64,000 nucleotides of DNA from Marsupella aquatica (Eukaryota; Plantae; Marchantiophyta), in assembly GCA_973895155.1 (NCBI GenBank), contig OZ316891.1, positions 27,193,561 through 27,257,560 on the forward strand. The letters run 5' to 3'. The notes beneath the pieces are model-generated. The model had not been told where the DNA came from. It saw only the letters and a list, made by a program, of their open reading frames with translations, and searched no databases. Made by a program: the position numbers and the translations under genes. Positions 1 through 13,807 of this stretch are shown one piece after another (positions within the stretch are counted from its first letter, which is position 1; the number at the start of each line of letters is the position of its first letter).

Positions 1-2704
1 CTGTTGGGAGTTGCCCAGAGCTGTCTGCTACTGCTGCCCAAGTAAAAATTTACTTGCCTGATACTGCTGTCCAAGCAAAAACTCTTTTCTACCCAAATGC
101 CTGCTTGCGACCAAAAAATGCTATTCAAGGCCAAAAAACACCTCTCAGAGCCTTGAAAACGCTCCCCAAAGCCTATTAAGTGCTTCCTGCAGCCAAACAA
201 GAGGGTTATCGTTTCATAAAAAGTCTAGTTAACTAATATAAACTTTGGTTCACTTACTCTTGTTAACCTAGCTAAGGTTTAGTCAAAACCCTAACATAGA
301 CTTGGGAATTCGAATGGTAAACACTTAGAAGTGAAAGTTTAAAAAATTGAATAACAAAGAGTTTGGGCAAAAAAGTAATCTCTTATGACTGTTCTATTAT
401 TATTGTTATAATAAAATATTTATTTATATTTAATTCATTTCCTTAAAAAAACTAATTAATTCTATCCATTGGATCTGCTTGATTGACGCATTGGATCAAT
501 CATTGGCTAAGAAAGAATGGTGCACACTTGTCATATATTGTGCACAAAGAGGATGGTGGAGGATGGTGCACACTTATCATAAGAAAATATGCATATATTA
601 TCATTTGATATCTTAGATCAATGAATGAGATCAAATGTTAATCAACTGTAACGGTGTGCACTTTACATTGACTGTACATTAAGTTAGTCAGTTGTTTCTT
701 TTGGGGTTTTCATAATGTTATTTCTGTGCTAGTGGGCTCCATTAGCATCATCAAATGAGTATTTTAGCCCATACTTTTGTAGTCCTAAGCCCTTTGGGCT
801 AAGAGTTTTTACATTTCTACCTAGGTTGGAGACCTATTTACTAGATAAATTTGAAGAAAAATATAAGTCCCAAACTTCTTTATGACCCTCTTCATCAAAC
901 CAAAGAGATGAAGAGAAAGAAAAAAGAGAAGTGAGTTGGGATTTTGAACAAACATAAGAAAATGGGTGGAAGTTTAGGGTGCGTAAGGAGGGGAAAGAAA
1001 CTTGAGGTTGCAAGTTTCCGTTTCGTTGAGCTTTTGTTGAGCTAACTACTCACGGATAGCTCATTTTTGTGAAGGACTCTTTCAGTAGTTTGGGCATGAG
1101 AAGCAAGTTATCACTTTTAGATAGGACGCTTTGGGCTTAAGAAGGAAGCCTATTGTATTCTCAGTGTGGGGAGCAAATCCCCAAGCTGAAAGCCGAATGC
1201 AAATGGTTAGAAGCCCATTTACAAGTCAGATTCTGCCAAAGCCATAGTAGGAGCCATCAGAGTCTATTTAGATGTTATGTCCCAGTCCATCCAAGCTTTT
1301 GAGATCCGTCCAGGCTGCACAGCAAATCCTGGGTTTATTTTCATAGTGTCATGAACCTGGCTTGTTCAATAAATAAATACTTATTAACATTTTGTACCCA
1401 ACTAACAAATTATTTTAGTGTGCTTATGAACCATCAACAAATCTATCTGTGACACAAATTTAAGAATGTTATCAGCATTTTGATATAAACACGGAGTGTG
1501 CGCGTTATTTTTAAAAAGTAACATAAACGGGTCTGAATATATGTATTATCTTCCTTACAAGTATTGGAGCACAATAAGTAGGTTGTCTTGGGGGGTTAAC
1601 TTAGTGTATATTTTGGGGTGTCATGCCCATACACATCGCTACAAAACATACATCGCATGTCACACACATCAAATCATAAGCACAAGCAAACATAAGAGAA
1701 TGGGATACTAGTGGACCTCATGTCCACAGATGTCCAAAACCCACAATAATCTTCACAAAATCAAGCCGCGATCAACACCAACAATACACAACCGATCACG
1801 TCCGATCCAATCACACATGAATGTCAAGCCAAACGCACCTTGCATTTCAAGGAATCCACATTGCATACACATAACCCAGTCGGCCACACCATAGCCACAG
1901 AGCTTGTGCTGAAAGGCTCAACATCAAACGATGTGGCCTTTGAGCCACCACAAGGAATAACTATCCTCCAAACGTGAACTGAACCATATCAACTCAAATA
2001 GCACACATATGCAAGCCATAGACTCAGACAACATGATATACTCTAATAACACTCATAATGGTGTGATAGGGGTACCACGTGCAATCCTAGCCTAAGATAA
2101 ATACATCTATTTTATAAAGAAAACATTCTAGGATATTATCTATTTTCCATAATAATTACACAGTACTTTGTAGGAGATATATATAAGATTAATTAGGGCG
2201 TCTCATACCCCAGCTCATTCCCAGAGGTTTCATGTGACTGAATGTTGGAGGCCAGGTCACGGACCAAAAATATGCAGTTCCCATAACAGGTGATTTTTGG
2301 TAACTCAGGTGGTCAGCGCACTGCCGTTTGCACTGAAAGTTGCTTTGCGCAATATGTGTTGGCACCCTTCAAGAATTGTTTGCACACTTCATGAACTGTT
2401 GACGCCTAGCTGACTTGCGAAAGTGTGTTGAAACCCATCTCAAATCTGAAACTTTGTGGATTAAGTTGGCCCCAAAATTGGGTTTTGGTCTAGGTTGCGG
2501 ACGTAGATTTCTTAGAACGGCTAATTGGGAAAAAAAGGGGGAGAGAGCAAGTTTAAGACACTCTCTTGAATGTCTAGATCTGCAAATGAAAACCTTTCTA
2601 AAACCGGGAAGAGTGTGAGTGGGTGGAAGTCTAATTGGTGTCATGATAATCAATCCATGGAGATCATGTACTTGACAAGCTAGGACAACCCCGGTTCAAA
2701 TGTA

Positions 2705-3174
2705 CAGTCTACCGTGTCTAAGTGCAGCGTGTATAACTGCATTCCGTGGGTAACTGCAGGGTGGTCGTGTCGTCCCTCAATATTACAGCAAATTCTTTTG
2801 TAAATGCACCAAAAAATGCCTGTTTGTAAGTGTTGTCCGTCACTAAAAGACAAATACATAAGGACATTTTCCATCTATAAGAGTACAGATGCATTAATCA
2901 ATGACTGCAACACATATGTTAAATGCATTTATTGATAAGTGCAACAAACAACTACACATTGTAGTTTCATGCACTTATTCAGTTCAATCGTGCACTATGA
3001 GTATTCTGGGTATAGTCTATGTATATGACCTGACAAGATTTCATAGACACTTATTGGAAAGTGCAACAGACACATGTGGAGAAGTGCAACATGCACTTAT
3101 GATGAAGTGCATAAAGTGGATAACTGCAGGCTTGGGTGTCTTCCGAGGAACCTGCACTTAGACACGGTAGACTG
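2705..3174. mobile_element. Tc1/mariner (pogo-like) MITE
   Basis: Perfect 23-bp terminal inverted repeats CAGTCTACCGTGTCTAAGTGCAG (2705-2727 / 3152-3174). Preceded by TA; the right flank reads CA (possibly a mutated TA). No coding capacity; internal TAACTGCA repeats. Confidence 0.8.
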
Positions 3175-3799
3175 CAATACTATTTAGTACAAAAACAATA
3201 TATGAAGGGTATTGTTGTAATAGTGCCAGGGCCATATATATACCTGGACATTAGGTAATGACACCATGTCAACTAGCATGTTGACACGTTGTAACATCTG
3301 TATGACATATAGTTCTTGTAATGTTTTGAGCAGAGGTAGCTACACGTGTCCATATCGCTGTCCCCCCAGAAAGGGCAAAGGGAGATTACTGCCCTGGACA
3401 AAAGCAACAGAAGTAATAACCTGTAGCTCAACTACTTGTCAATTAATATGTGGCTGGACTTGACCCATTGTCAGCCCAAGATTTTAACCTTTGGGTTCTT
3501 GCCGGTGTTGTGGCTCCCACCTGTCCTTTGATTCTGGTCCCTTGGTTGTTCTTCTTTTCTAATTCCTCGTTGGTTTGTGGCCGAGTGTCTTTGAATTCTA
3601 CAATTGCTTTATTCAAAAGAAAATAATGACAACAACAACTACAATAATTTATGAGCAGGCTACCGTAGGTTGGGATTGGGCCAAATCTGTCATGTCATTA
3701 GTCGTCACTAAGACTTCTACTGTACTATCATGCACATGATCTCTAGTTCAAACATGTGAAAGGAATGCATCTATACAGACTACAATCTATTACACTACA

Positions 3800-5100
3800 T
3801 AAGAATGAAAGGCAGCCAATGGGGACGACACGATTTGGGAGGCAGGAGACCAAATGAAGGGGGAAACCAAACGAAGACCAAAAGCCAAAAAGCCCAGCAA
3901 AGCACTACCCAACAAAAAATAGCTAGAAATTATAGCCTAAGACCTACCTATTGGCAACTGAAAACCCTGCTACAGCTCAGGGGGTAGACTATACCGGAGG
4001 GTCAAACAGAGAAAATTGACTAGAGTAGTTTAAACCAACCGCCTCCCTCTACAATGAATAGGAAATGCATGAGCCCTCTGAAGTACAACAGAGGCCCTCT
4101 CTCTAAAGAAGGTTGTGATGACGAAAACCGGGGTTCTGCTGGACACAATGTAAGTTTCAAGTATGTAAGGCGTGGTCAAGGAGCCCCAACAACCTCAATC
4201 GCAAGCCCATAGCACAGGTCTCTAGGTTAATGTGTCTCAGATGCCTCCTCCTTCATTCAAGGAGCCCTGGCAGCATTGTGGCAGCCACCACAATGTTGGG
4301 CCGGCTAATAGGGTCCACAATGACCTCACCATTGAAAAATACAGTAAAGTGTGAGGTAAAGTCCTCCCTTGAGGACATAGTCTGCAGTGATAGCATAGGC
4401 CTTTCAGCAACGTGCTTTCCAATTTGGGAGAATGCCCCAAATGGATTGCTTTAATTAAGTTTATGTTATCTGGAGTTTTTGTTGTATAAATTCTGGACCT
4501 TATGTGTCCAGCTAAGTTTAGCAAGTGAGGCTGTCCAAGGCATTAGTCAAAATGATGGATATCCAACAAAATTAGCATTATTAAGATTTGTAAATGTCCC
4601 AATTTTTTATTGAATGATGATTTGATAACAAGGCCCTTAAAACGCCAGGAGGGCTTAAAATTGTCATCGCCAATTTGGGAGCAGATGGGAACTTATAAAA
4701 AACAATTATCTTCCATAAGAGCAAGAGTCTGGATTGGATGTGGCAAGGTCTCTTTCATCATGGTCTAGACGAGAGTGTACTATGACGGGTTGATGCTTTT
4801 ATAATGACTTTTAGTTCCAACTAACCTTGATGCTCTATGTTCAATACTAGTCAATTGCTCATCTTCTTGATACAAGGACATATCCAGCCAAAAAAGTATG
4901 GGTAAAGTGCGAATATAGCTAGGCTTATAGACTAGTGTGCAATTAATTTCCAGATCCTTCAAGGTCAGGCTTTCACTGATTATAGCCCTTGCCTAGTGAT
5001 TCCAAAAATGAAGCCCAGATAGACCTCTAGGTTAGTCAAAATGTTCCCATGGATTTTTGCAATTCAGATGAACCGCATTGTACACAAAATGTGACAGAGA
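3800..5100 (-). mobile_element. Highly degenerate LINE-like remnant
   Basis: Fragmentary minus-strand peptides (e.g. LIKAIHLGHSPKLESTLLK) and composition resembling the LINE remnant at 21.4-22.2 kb. No intact motif; boundaries approximate. Confidence 0.3.
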
Positions 5101-5519
5101 ATATTCTCAATTAGTCCATCCCCAGTTTCTGGTTAGGGTCCATGGGAACATCATTTTCTAGTGATTCCTCTCCAAGTTTATATTTTAATGTCTCATTACA
5201 AACTATACAATGTATCTGCAAAATTGATCGCTGCACACAGTACAAAAATACTGACAGGGTCAATGTGGGCCAATCATACCTCAACAGGGGGCCTAAAAAT
5301 AAGATCAAATACATATGGTCAAAGTTACAAGCTACACTGTCGTCCAATATCTCATAATGGGGAACATATGCACTTAGATGGATTACAGCTATGGACAAGT
5401 TCACGTGCAATTTTAGACATTTTCAGGATTTAAATAGGTTTTCTTGTATAATGATCAGAACTGAGGAAGAACACTTAACTTTCCTTGTATAATGATCAGA
5501 ACTGAGGAAAAACACTTAT

Positions 5520-5782
5520 TGTAGTAGATTCTCCCCACCCCAAGAGTGACATCCATTCATGGTAGGGAACCCATTTCAGGATGAGCCCCCATGGATCCAA
5601 CAGGGACCCACACCACTAAGGAGAGAATATTAAAGCAAGGCCACAAAGTAAATAATCAAAACTCCCATCCCCTACTCACAAAATCCATCCCACCCACACA
5701 TATACTCTCCAAAATCCTGTGTGTGGAGGGGGGATTCAACCTGGGACATTTTAGATCTGGTTCTCTAGCCAACTGACCCCAC
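5520..5782 (-). mobile_element. Possible tRNA-derived SINE
   Basis: Minus strand reads GGGG-TCAGTTGGCTAGAG (A-box-like, 5763-5776), then GGTTGAATCC (B-box-like, 5732-5741) at tRNA-like spacing. No full cloverleaf; 3' boundary approximate. Confidence 0.4.
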
Positions 5783-7389
5783 TTTCAGGTCTCAAAAATT
5801 GCTACTAAAAGTCCATGCTTCTTTCCGTCAATTATGAATGTATGAGGGAACTAAAACAAAGTAAAGAAGTAACTCAGAAGTGTCTTTTCGATCACAAAGT
5901 GAAATATGAATTTATGAGAGAACTAAACAAAGTAAAGAAGTAACTAAGAAGTGTCTTTCTAAATGCAAAGTAAAACTTGAACACGTCGGAGAATTTCAAG
6001 TTTGAGGGCAGATACTTAACTAACATGCAGAATACCTGCTCCTCCCACCCAGGAAATAGGACTTTTTGCTGTGGATTGCCTCCAAGTTCTTAGCGGTCAA
6101 GTCCACGTCGAACGGTTAGGAGAACTTGTTGGGGGCAGGGGCAGGGGCAAGGCTTGTCACATGGAAGAAGGTCCCATGCGGCCATTGAGAGGGCCATGAT
6201 CACGTCTTAAACCAGTCCAGCTCGATCATGATCACCTTGGAGTCGCTTCCAGCACGATGTTTGGGGTTACGGTTAATCCCAGGTTTTGGCTGTACAGGTT
6301 TACGATACGCATCAGACGGCGCGTTTCAAATGCATGCGATGGCGTATCGCTAGATTGAAGGCCGGGGTAGGTTTCTTAAAAATTTCCAGCAGGTTACACG
6401 TCGTTATGCCGGATGGACCTTCCGAAGAAACGTGACTTCACTACGATTATCTAGTCAAAGAAACGTGATTTCATGCTGGAACTCTCCGTCTTTAGTGTGA
6501 AATTAGCTGGAGCTTGGACGAGGAAGGATTATCACGTCTAGGAGTAGACGTGGCATAGTGCAAAGAAGCGATGGTCTAATTGGAGACTCACAGCAGTTGG
6601 TGGCACGGAAGGCGAGTATTCGATGATGGGTCGTGAACGGAACGCTCGCCACCGTTTTGTGAGTTGTTGCAGGACTGGACATGCACGCCAGACCATGGCG
6701 GTGTGCTGTGGTCACGCTAATGTGATTCCCCTGGGCCCTGTGGGCGACAAGTGGGCCTTCAGATTAGCTAAGCTAATGCAGGATGTTCGACCTACCCTTC
6801 CGTGTGACGTGCCCTAGCCTCGCAATGACGAATCAAACTATAATACAAATCTGTCACATCTCCACCCCGCCCGGTCGTTTCCTGTGAACATCTTCTCCCA
6901 CTTCTACGCCAAGAGCAGGCTTTGAGTAAAGGAGTAAAGGATGGCACACTCACGGCGAAGCATTTAAATCAGTAGGAGACCATGACTGTGACTCGTATTC
7001 CTGGCCCGGATACGCCTTCAGTACCTTGCGTTCAATGATTCTTTCTATACTCGTCTCTGGTGTGCGCATCTTACTGAGTGATGGACTGCTCCCAAAGACA
7101 AGGACAGCAGTTTCAATGCTTCCCACCGAAACGCAGGACGATTCATCCGTGCAGGTGCATCTATAGGAGATGACATGACGCTTTTCGAGAGAGATATTCC
7201 TAGGTGCCGGGACAATCTACGAAGAGCACCCTGCAAAGAATCCACTAATCTAGTCCTCTAACCGCCAGTCTATTACCTCAGGAAGACAAAATCTAGTTGC
7301 CTGAACGTATTTCACGAAAGAAGTTGACAGGAATCCGATCTAACGATACGACAATGTTATTTACACGTAACTAAGATTGTATTACTGTA

Positions 7390-10300
7390 CTATCGTGAGA
7401 TGTCGTCGTCACTCACGTTATCGTCACTCTCATTACTGTCACTCTCGTTATCGTCGCTCTCTTCGCTGCTCGTCTCATCAACTACAATTACAGACGGTTT
7501 CTTCCTAGTTTTCTCATTGGTCACCGTATTACAGGCACGCTTCATGGGAGTTCGAGCTAATCGAGGTACTGGTTTGTTATAAATTTTCTTGGTCGCAATA
7601 GAACCACTCCTTATACTAACGCTGGATGACTCCGTGTTGTCCAAATCTAAATCTATTTTATGGGAAGTGGTCTCGGTAACTGGCAATGGACGTGAGACTG
7701 TCGAGCCGGTCGTTGTTCCGACCCCTAGCGGTCGATCACAACGTACACGAAGTTTTAATCCTAAGGTTTCATGATGATTATTCGTCCGGGGCCGGGCAGA
7801 CTCCACCGGAGCGAGCTTCCCATCAACCTGACAAGTGAAAGCGAAAGTAACCTGGAAAGGAAACGAGTTTAGTCAGGGCGACACCACAGGTGAAGAGGAG
7901 ACTCAGGGGATGCAAAAGTAATGAAGTACGCCGTAACAAGTACGACTGCTATGAGCCTCACAAGGTATGTCTAGAGACGTACTAGACAATGCACGACGTA
8001 AAATAACATATCCATGATGGATACCTCGCCACAAGCTGCAATTTGGAGGAGAGAGTCTGGGATCGTGGACGAATTCGCGTGATGAGCCCAACTTTTGAGG
8101 TCCTCTTCTAATGGATTCCCAATCTGAATCAGAGAAACTTGTGTTAAACAAATATGTGCAAACGACGAATACGGAGGCACAGATCCAATTGCCTCGATAA
8201 AGGAGCTAACACAAAAGTAATCAACAGAGGCTCAGACCTGTCTCTCCCAGGGCCGCAATTTGTCCAAGACGCCGGCAACTTCCCCAAACCGACCAATGTC
8301 TGTGTACTCGCCCAAGGTTTTATTTTGTTGATCAACTATAGGTACACCGTCTGAAGTGAGTTCCGTATCGGCGTCACATCGGCTGCAGCCTAACGTCTCA
8401 TGAGTATCTGACCTGAAGTCGAAGTCATCAACTTCTCAGCGTTAGCCGGGTCAGCAAACCGATACTGGATCCACTTCAACAGTACCAAAATCAGCAAATT
8501 TGGATGTCATTGTTGTACATACCCGGTATCTTTCCGAAGCGTGAAAAGATCTCTCAAATCTTCAGTTGAGATGTCGTTCACCTGAAACACAAGGAATCAC
8601 GAACCTGAGAGCCCAGTTCCAATAAGGAAAACTACAGATTCCATTCCATTCCGTTGCGAGAACTCGCAGACATCAAGAATAATAAATGCATATGCGCAGG
8701 AAGGTTACCTGCGCTTTTCCATCGGCGTTTTGTTCCTTGTCAACAACCTTTTGGAGTCCCTCTTTAGAAATTTGACGCTGATAGACCTGCGAGAACTGAT
8801 AATTTTAGATACAGTGATCATTGGCTCAGCCTTAGGTCTTAAATCTAATCATAACTTCGCAATGTGCTGAAGTATCGAGTGATAAGGTATAATTCAGGAG
8901 TACCGACCTTTTCTTCAATGGTGCCTGCAGCTAAAAATCTGTACAAGTATACCCTCTTCTTCTGCCCATCTCGCCAGACGCGTGCTGCAGCCTAATGACA
9001 CGCAGTAACTCTTAAGAAATTAATTAAGCCCGAACAAATCACAGGCCGTATACAGGCAGCTCGTTTAAACTGATAAATTTGTAGAGCAATTAAGATGAGT
9101 ATGTAGTGAAACGGCCAACCTGCTTATCTGTAGCAGGATTCCAATCGGGATCGAACAGAACCAAACGGTTTCCTCCAATTAGATTCAAGCCACATCCTCC
9201 AGCCTTGCTGCTGAGCAGAAATGCGAACTCATTCTGCATGAGGAGTTATAGTCAACGTAACAGGCAAATTATTGTGACGATCCATACCCACCATTCTAAG
9301 ATCCCGTTGTGACATTCTAAAATCAACGTTACTACAATAGAATCGGCCATTTTAAATCACTGCCAAAACGTGAATCCAGTCTCAGGATATTCCATGCAAT
9401 ACATTCTCGTCAATTCTTGGCCGACAAACCACTTCTGACTTGCACAATGGCCAGAATTCAAAAAACAGATAATACACTGAACGGTCGCACTGAGACCCGT
9501 ACCTGTACGGGATCGTTGAATCTTTGGACCAGTTTCTGTCGCTTGCTTAGGGAAGTCGTGCCATCGAGCCTAACGTATGGATACTGTCTTTCCCGACATA
9601 TCTGAGAGAAGAGGTCCAGAGTCTGGCAACAGGTGCGGACAACACTGATCAAATTTTCACAAAGCAACAAGAGCTATGGGCTATCAGCTGCACTTAAGAA
9701 ACCTCCACATGTTTATAAGCAGAAAGGCTGGTTTCGATTATCCTAAGCGTTCTTGTTGAAGTAGATCAGAGGCATCCAAAACATGAGTTCCACTTACTTG
9801 AGTATAGTTGGAAACTAGCACTATTCTGTCATCGGTCGACTCGCGAATGTTGGCCAGCAATCGGGCAAGCACGGCCATCTTTCCGGACATTTCAATCCAA
9901 GTTCCGTCTGAAAATGAAGCAGGCCCCACCCTTGACCATTGAAGAGTCAGATCCAACAACATTTGGAATAATTAGACTCACAACTATCCCTCAAAAAACT
10001 TGGACAAGATCAGACAAACCGATACTAACGTACCTGCTCGAAAACACCCCCTGCGGAAAATATTTCATACAGTCTTCAAAGCCTGCCACTTGCGAGCTTC
10101 CAGCCCGTAGGCTATCATAGATGAGCTGCAAAATCCATCGGCCATTTATCGTATAGGATCAGTGGATAGATTCTGTAAACTATGGATTGCAAGCCAGGTC
10201 TTTGAAAGATGTGCTACAATTTTTTCCCAAAATGAAACCAAAATGCATAATACACAAACACATGGAGAAGTATCATACTGTTCCTGTCTGAATTAATAGC

Positions 10301-13300
10301 AAACCATTCCTTGGTTCTTCAACCTCTCTAAAAAACTGATGTCAGAAAACTCAATGCCGACAACCTGTCAGAGTTTAAATTTGAACCACCTTTGGATGAT
10401 TGCATAATTTCTTCAGAGCTGTGATCGAAGCCAGGACTTTGGCGCGCTTTGTTTTGTCTTCAAGCGCTTGCCGCACCTGATAATCCCAACCACAAGATTA
10501 GGCTACTAGAAGCTCATGTTGGCCTTTCAAAATTCCAGAGGTAAGCGGCAACAGACACTCATTCTATAAACATAGGGTCACCAAGAAGTACTGAAGCGAA
10601 TCCAGCTACTCACATTTTTAGAGTGTATGAAGTGTTCGTAAAGCTTCAGCTGAAGATCTGTTAACTTGCAGCAGACAACTTGAACAATCTGTGCAAAGGA
10701 GCCTTCATGAGCAAGTGCACAAAGATTGCGGAATGACAACCGGAAGTGTTCAGCTGTAGCATGCATTGTAGCGTGTCTAGATGTCAGGGACAGATATAAT
10801 TGCAAAGAATTTAATTGGGCCTGAAAACGAACAAACCTTAGGAGGTAGATGATTAGAAAGCAGCGAGTTCGTCCGCCTCAATATAAACTGCAATCAGTTT
10901 AACCACAAAAGTGGTTGAAGTTTATGTAATTGCACCAAGTGCTTGATCGCGTAGAAAGGATGACAAATGCGAAACAAGTGACATCGCTCCTGTGATTGAA
11001 ACAGGAAACGGAAGGACAGTTTGAGGAGTACCTGGTTGACTATCTCGCTGAGCTCAGCAGACCGTTCGGCAGAAAGAGCTCTTGCTTCATCAGTTGCATC
11101 TGGTTCACGACCAATCAAGATTGGACTCTGCCAATCGACTAGTCCAAGTAAGTAAAGTAGTAGCCAACGGAGCACCGTGCACAACAAACACTCCGAGAGA
11201 CCATGCAATATCACTGCCTTACCTCGTAATATCGTCTGAACGCAGTCGCATTGCCCAGCACTCCAGGATTCGTAAAATTGACCATCGCATAAAACTCTTC
11301 CAAGTCATTCTGTGATTAAGCAATGATAAATCGAATCAGGAATTGCTTCTTGAAACAGCGTAATAAACATCACCCTTATCTTGGCTGATGCGGCAATGAA
11401 ACTGGATTAGTATGATTCATCCTTCGCCACTACAGGATATTGTGAGCAGCATGAGGAGTCGAACGAAAAAGGGGGAAACCACTCACTTGCATTGGCGTGC
11501 CAGATAACAACACTCGTCTGCGACAATGCAGAGATGCAAGCGCCTGCCCGACAAACAGCTCCCCAGATTAGGGTTTAGGGTACGGAGAGTGTCCCTATTT
11601 CAACAATATCGATGAACAGACAGCCAATGACTAAATTGTTGGGTCGGTGAAGGTATCCTCGATTTGTTACGAGTTTACTTACTTGGTTTGTCAATGTCTG
11701 ATCGTTTTTCAGCCTATGAGCCTCGTCGCAAATTAGAAGATCACAGCTGCCTTCATTTTCAAATTTTTTCGCGTGCAGTCTGAATGTTTCGTACGAGATT
11801 ATCATGACCTGAGTTCCGACATCCATGGATACCTCAGAATTCCCAGCACATTTACTCGGCAAATCACTGCCAAAATCCGCAAGGCCAACAAATACAGATA
11901 AATCCTCTACAAAAATTTTAAAATGAGACCTGAAATGGATTTCGAGGAGACAGAAAGCTGGTTATGCCCGATATCACTTCTGCTCGTGTTGATTCTCCAA
12001 CGGCCATGACTTTTACCCGCCCGTCCAGCCACTTGTTCAGCTCGGACTCCCAATTGCTAACGAGACTCGTAGGTGTAACAATTAAAACTCGCTTAGCCAA
12101 AGGATTCCCGCTGAATCCTTGTCGTAGAAGAGTCCAAAGAAGCGTAATGGATTGCAAGGTTTTCCCGAGCCTGCGCAACAAACAAAACGTCACTATTAGG
12201 GTAACTGATACCCTTTCACTTGCAATGAATTAAACTTGATGCATAGATGTACTTTACCAAGTAACCGATCAAAGGGAAAAAGATTAAATCATACCCCATG
12301 TCATCAGCTAAGATGCAGCCACAGCATACTGAATCTTCCCCGGCTGTCTTCGAAAATGGACGAAGGCCCGTCACGCACTCAAACATAAACTGTACTCCCT
12401 CCCTGCGCATCCAGCAACGCAGAATTTTCTCATTCAAACGAAGAAAGCACCTGAGAATAATCAGGTAATCGGACCTCATCCACACCACCGAGCACTTTTG
12501 CCAATATAAGCACTTTTGCCAATACAGTCAGAATTCTTCTTGGCAGTGCTTAACTGTGTCCATGTCAACAAGTCCGCAGAAATGAGGGGATAAGAAACTG
12601 AAATATAAAGTCACATCTAACATAAAGTGCACATGAACATTCGTTCTCGTAAGGATTAAACTCACCGTTGGTGAGGTCGCAGAAATTTTACAAGAATATT
12701 ATCGACGCTAATAGACGCAGGCTCCAATTCGTCCTCGTTCGCAGTTTCTGCCTGCCATAAAACCAGAGGTTCTATACCTGGCGGTAAAGCCTCACTCTTT
12801 GTTTCTGACAAGTCATCGACTGGCGGATCAATTCGAGGCAGATTGGTGAGAGGGACAAAGGGCTGCCTGGTCTGCCAGGGAACAAATCGCTTTCGGGCTG
12901 AGAGGCGCCGCTGGAGCTCCAATGTAGAGGTAGCATGACTTGGAATTGGAGACTTAAATGCACCTCTGGCAACAGCTGCTCCATCAGACACATGTAGTAC
13001 TTTTGGAAGTAACGATTGCCTCCTTACAATCAGGTCGCCGCTGCAGAACAATCCGACCGAAGAGATTTCGAATTTAAGATTACAATTGGAAAAGCCGCAG
13101 AAAATAAATGGACTCAATGAGGGAAATTCCTCAAGGTTGATCACATGACATAGCAAGGAATTCGACAGAAAACGTCAACAATCACTTCAGTGACATATCA
13201 GAAGAGATTTAGAATCCTGGGCCACAGGTACATACCTGACAAGAGCGGCAATGTTTGCAGACTTCGAAACTTCCACGGGTGCGGATGTCTCCTCCTCGGC

Positions 13301-13807
13301 GTCGTCTTCGCTATGAGACCGCGAATCTGAGAAGTCCGAGGATGCGTTGCTTCCATTTTCTTCCTCTTCTTCCGATTCATTCCCTTCGTCCTCTTTTCCA
13401 GCTTCTGTATCACTTACGCTAGGAGATGCATTATCATTACCAATGCTTTTCACCATCACCGGGCTATCTTTCACAGGGGCTCCATTCGCTTGCATGGGAT
13501 ATCGGTCCTCGCTTTCCCCGTCTCCTCCATTCACGTCACTTTTCTCTTCCGCACCAGCTTCGCGCTCTTTGCCAGACGCTTCATCCAAATGAACAGAGTT
13601 CTCCCCTGCATCCTCTACCTCTGTATCTCCACTCTCGCTAGCAGACATGTCTTCGCTATCTCCTGCTTCCTCCTCTCCATCCACTTTCTCCGAATCGTCA
13701 CTGTCGCTGACAAATTGCGGAGCTGCTGCAGGGACTCGAGAAACAATCCCGGAACGCGGCGACCCCGCCGTGTCCGTTCTCCTTCTCAACTTCATTCTGG
13801 CCAGCAT
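7390..13807 (-). CDS. RAD54: DNA repair and recombination protein RAD54 (SNF2-family helicase, CHR25 orthologue), multi-exon
   Basis: Exons with GT-AG boundaries encode [82 protein letters not shown] and the terminal [13 protein letters not shown]. Exon 1 is 13807-13236 (alternative ATG at 13795); the last exon is 7851-7390, ending in TAG. Confidence 0.95.

Noticed and set aside
1619-2205. Possible solo LTR (TGTCATGCCC...GGGCGTCTCA)
   Set aside because: The termini are suggestive, but the flanks (TGGGG / TACCC) give no TSD and there is no second copy in the window.
6030-6190. Exon-like minus-strand segment (PCPCPCP...DLTAKNLEAIH)
   Set aside because: In-frame stop and no identifiable family.
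8015-8024. GTATCCAT donor in the last RAD54 intron as a U12 site
   Set aside because: It deviates from GTATCCTT and I saw no TCCTTAAC-like branch point near the acceptor.
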